DNA of 51,919 nucleotides, filler included, from Sphacelaria rigidula (lineage: Eukaryota): the NCBI GenBank assembly GCA_964200075.2. It is 3 parts of 3 records of this genome, joined end to end, with 100 filler letters (N's around TTAATTAATTAA, not from the genome) between each part and the next. Parts side by side here need not be neighbours in the genome. Positions count along the whole stretch, not along the records: positions 34,683 to 51,919 come from CAXNAA020001134.1; 2 more parts are not named here. The stretch is one strand, 5' to 3'. This document shows, in pieces, positions 44,631-51,919 of this stretch (positions are counted from its first letter, which is position 1; each line of letters starts with the position of its first letter). A program made the translations under genes and the position numbers. Below the pieces are notes generated by a model, which searched no databases, had not been told where the DNA came from, and saw only the letters and a list, made by a program, of their open reading frames with translations.

Positions 44631-45098
44631 CTTATTCTGTCTCATAAGTCTTGGAACCTATCTTAGTACGAGCTCTTAACGGTGTCCGATTTGATTTTTA
44701 ATTTTTTTATTGCATTCGTTGGCGTTTCTTGAGCTACAAATCGCGAAAAAACGTGAACAAAACGTGAAAATCGCAAAAGAAAATTGATTTTGGATATCTC
44801 CGTGACGTTAACCTACGCACGCCCCAACAATCATATTTTCAACATGTAATCGCGAGTGTTTGACGTAAAAACGTGCAAAATTGGTCAATATTGGGGTATA
44901 AGTGGACAAAAAATGNNNNNNNNNNATATTTTGACTTCATTTTAGTATGGATCACTAACTTTTTTTTCATTTTTTTTTTGCATCAGCTTCGTCGGCGCTT
45001 CAACTTTCCAACGAACCCAACTATAGGATGATCGGGAGGGTTTGAACGCGCAAACGATTAAACGTCCATAAGTGCCCAGACTTATGAGACAGAGGAAG
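44631..45098. mobile_element. Stowaway-like (Tc1/mariner) MITE, with an internal N gap
   Basis: TIRs CTTATTCTGTCTCATAAGTC and GACTTATGAGACAGAGGAAG, each flanked by TA within (TA)n. A third TIR, CTTCCTCTGTCCCATAAGT, follows (TA)n at 34549. Confidence 0.75.
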
Positions 45099-46425
45099 TA
45101 TATATATATATATATATATATACCCATAGGGTCAGTCGGGAAGTTTGGTTCGCTCATTTTTCGTTGTCTTTCACATCACGCGGACCCTTCATGTATAGAT
45201 AGATGCACATTCAACCCGAACAGGTAGTCCTGGCCCACATACTCCGTTGTAATGCTTTCATCGCAAAGCTCGCGTCCAGATGAGGGTAATGTTCCACCTC
45301 GTCCAACATCTGTAGATCTGTGGGAAAACAGGTGAGGACATCTTGACATGGACGAGCAAAGGGCGTGTTTTACTTGCTGTTCCTCGTGCAGCTGGTGGTA
45401 CCAAACGCCTACCAAGAGATATTTTATTTGTGAAGTTTGACGATATTAGCGCGATACACGGCGAGATATATCGCGGTGATATTGGTGATTGAGCGTGTAG
45501 GTCACCACCACCACCGGTAACGGGCAGAGATCACGCAAGTTTGGTACCCAATGCCGAAAGTTCTAACATACTTTTAGTGTAGATAATCATGTTCGGATCT
45601 TTGAAGAGATCACAGTCCGTGTTCGACAGTATCATATTGACGCCACCGATAGCTAGCTGGTGGTACGACTTCTCCAAGGCGATCTGTCTTCAGCGTACCT
45701 CAAAATTGTGTGATGGTTTCCGTCATCAATCATCCGGTGTAAGTGAGGCGTTGGTGTAGGCAGTTACACTCCGGTCATGAAATTTGTTCGACGTTGTGTT
45801 GAATTTTGAACTTGCGCGGGAGACCACCACATGGTTGACGAGGGGCAGGGCGGGGCGGGGGATTCTCACCCGCACTTACACCTACATCCTGAAACATTAT
45901 TCGTTTGAGCCCTCTCTTGTCGGTCACGGCACTTACTTGGCCTATAAAAGTCGTCTCAAAGCTACTTACTGCTGGACACCCGGGATGAACCTTGGCCTAG
46001 TTGGGTAGGCTACCATGTCGGAAGTGATGTAGGTGGCGTTCGCGAGCTTATGCGCGCACGCCAGACCTATCGAACTTTTGAGCTGTTGATACTGTTCTAA
46101 AATCATCTTGTTGAAACCCTTCAGAGTACACTCGGAAACTAACTGCAGAATATGCCGCAGCTACATGTATATCCACTAACGGTGTACAAAAGATACGAAG
46201 CACCGCGGTAACTCTCGGTTGGTCGTACTCGCATGTGGGGGATACTACAGTGTAAGCGTAGTCAGCGATCATCTTTCGCCACTAGTGTACCGTGTAGAGC
46301 ATTTTATTCGGACACCACTACTTGCTCTATAGCGTACTTGACTTCTACGGTACTCCAACTTCCACCCTGTCCCCTTTTAGCACGTCCCAGTAAAGATGTC
46401 AGAGCAAAAGACAAAAGTGGGCACA

Positions 46426-47612
46426 TCACCTGTTTCAGCCCAAACATATGTTCAGGTAACCGCGCAAGTTTGAGCTGTCCGTGCTAGGTGCAAGCCATTC
46501 AAAAACCAATCCCGACGCGAAGACGCGGTACCCGCAGTCCATGCAGAGCACGTGTACCAAGTTTGGCGAAAAAAAAGCACGATTTAGGTTCGAACAAAGA
46601 GTACCCTACCTTGTCTGCTAATGGCGTAGGTACACCCACCAAAGACTACTACATTTATCTTGTACCTCATCGTGTCTTAGAGTGTCTCATATCATGTTTG
46701 AAGTGTACCTCTATTTGACTACTATCGACGTTCCGCAACAGCCGTCCAACCCACCGCACGGCACAACCCTTCCTTTCTCTCTCCCTACGGCCTGGAAACT
46801 CAAGTCCCCACGCTTCTATTAATCTCTTTCTACGACCGGAGACTTGGGATCCCTGCGGAGCGACTGAGACACTGTCCGATCGTTGTCAAACGGCATAACA
46901 AGCTGGAAAATACGGAACACAACGGAAGCGGCACAACAAGTCGAAAAATCATGGAATACAACGGCTGAACCCCTTCGTCGCTCAGTCAGCGCTTTGGCGC
47001 ACAGCGCAACGATGTCGACACAAATTGCCCGTTTTATTCTGTGATTTTTCAAGTTGTCATGCCGTTTGTGCTGTGTATCGTATTTCCCAGCTTGCTGTGC
47101 CGTTTGCCAGCAGTCGGACGGTGTCTCAATCACTCAGCAGGGGTCTCGAGTCTATAGCCCGTAGGTCGAGGTGAAAAGAAGCGTGGGGTCTTGAGTATCC
47201 AGGCCGTAAGAAGAGGGAAAGGAAAGGTTGGGCATGTCCTTCGGCCATTCGATTTTGTGCCGTGCGGTGGGTTGGATGGCTGCTGCGGAAGGTCGATAGT
47301 GGTCAAATAGAGGTACACTTCGGACATGATATGAGACAGCCTAAGGCACGATGAGGTACGAGATAAACGTAGTAGTTTTCGGTGGGTATACCTACGTTAT
47401 TGGTAGACAAGATGAGGTGCTCTGCGAGGCCCTTGTGTCATCCCGCGGTGTCCGGCCCTAATTCGTGCTATTTTTTCGCCAAAGTTGGCATACGTGCTTT
47501 GTATGGACCTTGGGCACCGTGCTTTTGCGTCGGGATTGGTTTTTGAGTGGCTTGAACCTAGCACGGATTACTTGCGCGGTTATCTGTACCCACGTTTGGG
47601 CTGAAATAGGTG
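46426..47612. repeat. Large imperfect inverted repeat (arms ~46426-46817 and ~47177-47612)
   Basis: For example AAAAACCAATCCCGACGC pairs with GCGTCGGGATTGGTTTTT, AAGTGTACCTCTATTTGAC with GTCAAATAGAGGTACACTT, and CCAACCCACCGCACGGCACAA with TTGTGCCGTGCGGTGGGTTGG. Confidence 0.9.
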
Positions 47613-47660
47613 GTAAGGTACCCATTTTCGTCTTTCTCCACCAATCAATCATGTAATATT

Positions 47661-48744
47661 GCGTCCATCAGAACCCCCGCATGCTGTTATTTTGTCTCAA
47701 CGTACATGACCCGGGCTTTTCCGTGCTCTATGATGTCGCGGGCCGCTGCTCTAAATTAGGTTGAACATGTATTGCTGCCCTCTGTGGCTCACCGCAAAGG
47801 CGACGCACCCTCTCCACCATATCACAGAAGTCATCACACTGGTCGTCGGCCCAGGCAGTAGCTTCAGCACAGGCAGCAAGCGACGGACTAAAGGCAAGGG
47901 CAGGAGCGCAGAAGGCATTGGCTGCGATGTTCGCGTCGTTGTGCCTGGCGTTAATCGAGGCAGACTACCATGATGCATAAAGCAGTCCGGCGTTGGCAGC
48001 CCACTCGGAAACGTGTGCCGTACTGACCCTGCTGAGTCATTTGACAGTCCGGGAGATCTGCCATCCCATGCAGCTGCAGCTGGACGAGCTCATCGGCCTC
48101 GTTCTGGCCAATGTCACCCAACGCTCCGTTTGACGTGAGGAGCCGACTGACGTCACCTTGCGTGGTCGGAAATGATCTTGTCTGGACTTTCCTCGTCGCG
48201 TTGGCATGCTTTCCTGATTGACGAGGACAATCCTCGTCACTGTAGGACGAGGACTGCTCTCGTCAATCAGGAAAGCATGCCAACGCGATGAGGACAGTCC
48301 CGACGAGGTCACTCCCGACCTAGGCAAGGGGACGTCTGTCGGCTCCTCGCGTCAGGCGGAGCGTTGGGTGACATGGACCAGAACGAGGCCGACGAGTTCA
48401 AGGTCGCATACGTTTTCATGTGGGCTGCCAGCACCGGGTTGCTCTATGCATCACTGCAGCCTGCCTCGCGTAGCGCCAGGTACAACGACGCGAAGGAGCA
48501 GCCAATGCCTTCTGCGCCGCTGCCCTTGCCCCCGCGTCCGTCGCCTGCCGCCTGTGCTGAAGCTGCTGCCTGGGCCGACGATCACAGTGATGATTTCTGT
48601 GACGTGGTGGAGTGGGTGCGTCGCGTTTGTGATAAGTCACAGAGGGCATCACTACATGTTGAACCTACTATAGAGCAGCGGAAGGCCCGTGACATGTACG
48701 TTGATACACGAGAACAGCATGCAGGGAGGGACTCTGATGGATGC
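47661..48744. repeat. Large imperfect palindrome centred on a 7-nt loop at 48239-48245
   Basis: TCGCGTTGGCATGCTTTCCTGATTGACGAG...TCCTCGTC-ACTGTAG-GACGAGGA...CTCGTCAATCAGGAAAGCATGCCAACGCGA. Homology extends about 500 bp on each side. Confidence 0.92.
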
Positions 48745-49154
48745 CGAATTGCGTCATAAATTCAGGGGTGGGCATTGTTCTTTAGAGTCAAGCATGACGT
48801 AGTACAAGGGGATGAGGTGGAACCTGGAGTGCTACATGCACATCTATCTCACGTCGCCACACAAGATATTAAGTACCACGGTTGCTCTCGGTAGGTCCTG
48901 TTACGTACTTCCATATGATGAGTACCCCCAGTGCAAGCTCAGTCAGCGGCTATCTTTCGCAGTTAGTGTGCCGTGTAGAGCGTCTCACTCGGACAGTCCG
49001 AAGCCCCCGCCGAGTGTGAGCGCAGCCTGCGCAGGACGCCTTTTGGCTCGAATCGGCATATGGGCAATGAAAACGCACACTTTGCGTGGGGCTCTTCCCT
49101 CGCACCCCTTGTCCAACGGGAATTTCAGCCTGCCTTGGGTTGGGGCTATCGTAA

Positions 49155-49297
49155 GCGTTAGCGTTAGCCTCAGCGTTAGTGCTGGCGTCAGCGTTAGTAT
49201 TAGCGTCAGTGTTACCCTTGGCGTTGGCGTTAGCCTTAGCGTCAGCCTTAGCCTTAGCCTTAGCCTTAGCGTCAGCGTCAGCGTCAGCGTTAGCGTT
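49155..49297. repeat. Degenerate hexamer microsatellite (GCGTTA/GCGTCA/GCCTTA)n
   Basis: Seen directly; it produces the SV, LA and AN repeat ORFs in the track. Confidence 0.92.
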
Positions 49298-49919
49298 CGC
49301 TTCTGATGACAACGAAGTGTGTATCAATCATGGGGTTTTCGTCCCGACCTGGAGTAAACCCGCCTCATTCTGTGGCTCTCCAGCTCCAAGGCCCTGAGTT
49401 CTGTACGCGTATAGTATTTGAAACCAACGCAGTTGTAATACTTTTTCTTCAGCGGTTCACCTAGGGCTCATCTGCGACGTTTGGCGCTGGAGCCAAGGGG
49501 ATAACCCCTTTATCCCACGTGCGTTGGACGTAGTATCACAGGTGGAGGGCAAATTGCTCCTGCTGCTGCTCCTGCTGCTGCTTTTATGTGTCGTATCACA
49601 GCGAGTGCTATGATGCTGTATTTTTTTTTTCTTTACTTGTTTTCGGAGTTTGAGAAGAAACCGCTCAACGAGGGTTTCCATTTCATGAAAGGAACAGTAG
49701 TGACTGTATTGGAAAGGCGAGCTCACGCCTGTGACCACGGGAAAAAGAATTACATTCATTATTATGATCATGATCATAATCACGATCATACTAGCAATAA
49801 TTTCACTTGTTTTACTTATTACTGATATATTGCTATCTTTTTTTTCATAACAAAAATAATGATAATTCTCGGCGGTAACCGATGTACGGCATGTGACTCA
49901 CGCCATTCGTGTTGAACAG

Positions 49920-50059
49920 GTGAAGCGGTGTATGCGGTGTGCCCCGTGTCTGGCGCCCAAATGCGGAGTGTGCAGGTCATGCTCCACAGCCGGCCAGTCG
50001 TCGGATGCGACAGTCGTTCATTGCGAGGCCCTCAGATGTGACTGGGTGGAATATGACAG
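49920..50059 (+). CDS. Exon encoding a CXXC-type zinc finger
   Basis: Bounded acag|...|gtacca. Encodes VKRCMRCAPCLAPKCGVCRSCSTAGQSSDATVVHCEALRCDW, i.e. CxxCxxC-x4-CGxCxxC-x13-C-x4-C. Confidence 0.75.
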
Positions 50060-51919
50060 GTACCATCTCGTTTTTTGATCGTTGCGGTAGGCCTTGATTT
50101 AGACCTGCGTTGAAAGATGAAAAGTTCCCGAGCCAGCAGTCGTTGAAAGTTTCAAGTCTTTGTTGGTTGCCTCCTTTTTGCAATATCTTGATACTGACAC
50201 ACGCGATTTATCCTTTACTGCCAGCAGTAAACACAGTCGTTATTTTATTTTTTATGTTTGCCCCTTGTCTGTCTCGATACATATTCGATAGACGATTGAT
50301 TGATGACTGTTGCACATCAACCACCTGATTCGCTATGATCGACACGGCATGGATTATGACCCCAACGGTAAGAGGGTGCAAAACACTTCAATTATTCACT
50401 GATTCATTGGTTGATGGTGTTTACACAAAATTCGGTATCCTCTGTGGTTTTAGGAACAACGAAGGGTAGCGCGTTTTTTTATTCGGGGCGCAGCGCTGCA
50501 CGCGGGGTAAGCACCTCTCACCACATTCCAGCGCCTCGGCCCCCCGTCCAATGTGCTTAAGCAGCATGCCTAACTTTTTGTTTTTTTTGGCACAAAGTAA
50601 CAAGCTTCACTAGGGCGCGGAAGAGGTGTACTTGTTGGAGCACCCTTATTCTTCAACAAACCAGCAGGGCACATCCCAGTCTCAGCTTAAACTTATTTAG
50701 TACCCTAATTTGTTCATGTGCATACCCTTTTATGTTTATGCGCATTTTTGTTGTTGTTGCTGAATGGTGACCCTACCGCGGGCTCCGCAGAGGACACACG
50801 GACTAGTCCCAAACATACCCTATAATTGTCAATCCACACCTTGCCGAGAAGGCCAAAAAGCCCTAGGACCAAGAAATAATCGCCTCCTGCTAGTTGCTCC
50901 GCAGACCCAAAAGATCCGACGATGTGCGCAGTGTGCAAAAGCTCATGTGCGGGAGATCACAAAGATTCAAAGATGTGTGGAAAGTCTTGCCGTCACACGC
51001 ACGCACGTCATCATGCGGAGGATCAGGGCGTAGCGGGATCTGAGTTTTGTGGATTGGGACGAATCGTTCTCATCTGCAGCTGTCAGCTACCGGATTGCAA
51101 TAAAGTACGAATCGAATTACGCACAATCGGATCCACTGCTGAGGAAATGTAATACGAATCTTTCATGTGTTCGAGAGGAGCAAAGCACTGTGTGCCAACA
51201 GTTACGGGGAAAAGTTGTACATGCTGCCTAGGCACATTGTGCGTGGCGTTGAGGCGCTGGAACGTGTATTAGAGGTGGTGAGGTCGCGTGGAGTGCTGCC
51301 CCGATCCGAAAAGTGCGCTACCCTTTTTTGTCGCCACAACCATAGGGTATACCCCCATTTGATCTATTCTCCTCGATTGGTCATAGCACATGACGTGATC
51401 CCTGAGAGACCCAGCCGTGGTCAAAAGATGGGCAGACGTATCCAAGGTCAACAAACGGAAATCTTCGCTGAGGAAAAAAAATGAAAAATCAAGAAGATCG
51501 AATAAACGGAGTCAAACTAAAACACAGAAACAACAGCAAGGGCAAGCGAAAAAAGGGAAGGAGAGGAAGATGCTGAAAAGGGCACTCGAGAAAAGAGAGG
51601 GAGACGAAAAAAAATAGAGCCAGAAGGAGAACACACCGGCAGAGTTACCTTGAAAACCTTTGGAGATAATCATTCATATTACTCTTCCTTCTTCTTTTTT
51701 TCCCGTCGCACCTCCAACCTCTTCCCTCCCCCGGGACGAGTCAATGATCTTATGACAATGGCGTGCATGATCATGAGTACACCCCCGGGATAAGTCCATG
51801 GTCTCAAGAGATCAATCAATCCTTTCCCGCGCCTCTTCCCCCCCCCCCCCCCCCCCCCCCCCCCCCACCCCGAACCCACGGGCCCCGCGCGGCAGGAAAG
51901 CAAGCAGAAAGGAGGTGAC

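Noticed and set aside
48812-49397. SV, LA and AN repeat ORFs
   Set aside because: These are translations of a hexamer microsatellite.
50764-51152. Cys-rich exon following the CXXC exon
   Set aside because: The obvious acceptor at 50790 gives a stop in the phase required by the CXXC exon, and there is no clear domain.

Overview
This window is not one locus. It is three unrelated ~17.24 kb scaffolds (1-17242, 17343-34582, 34683-51919) joined by an artificial 100-nt linker (N44-TTAATTAATTAA-N44). The source looks like a eukaryotic ochrophyte, most likely a brown alga or close relative (inference). Scaffold 1 opens with ~6.45 kb of AT-rich mitochondrial-type DNA: the 3' end of atp6, a tRNA-like element, nad2, trnI(GAT), trnR(TCT), atp8, cox2 and the 5' part of cox3. 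After a small gap lies a group II intron whose degenerate RT/maturase ORF is itself interrupted by a second, ORF-less group II intron. This candidate mitochondrial twintron is the most striking feature. The organellar DNA then runs without a gap into nuclear DNA containing three exons of an ELM2-domain gene. Scaffold 2 carries four exons of a TMEM104-like transporter, a Ty3/gypsy remnant, tRNA-headed SINEs, MITEs and LINE-like 3' fragments ending in C-rich tails. Scaffold 3 carries pre-SET/SET exons of a SETDB1-like H3K9 methyltransferase, a downstream CXXC zinc-finger exon, a Stowaway-like MITE, a near-perfect 54-bp hairpin and two adjacent ~1.1 kb imperfect palindromes. Nearly all short ORFs in the supplied track beyond 6.5 kb look spurious. 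All assignments were made by eye from motifs; no searches were run, and repeat boundaries are approximate.
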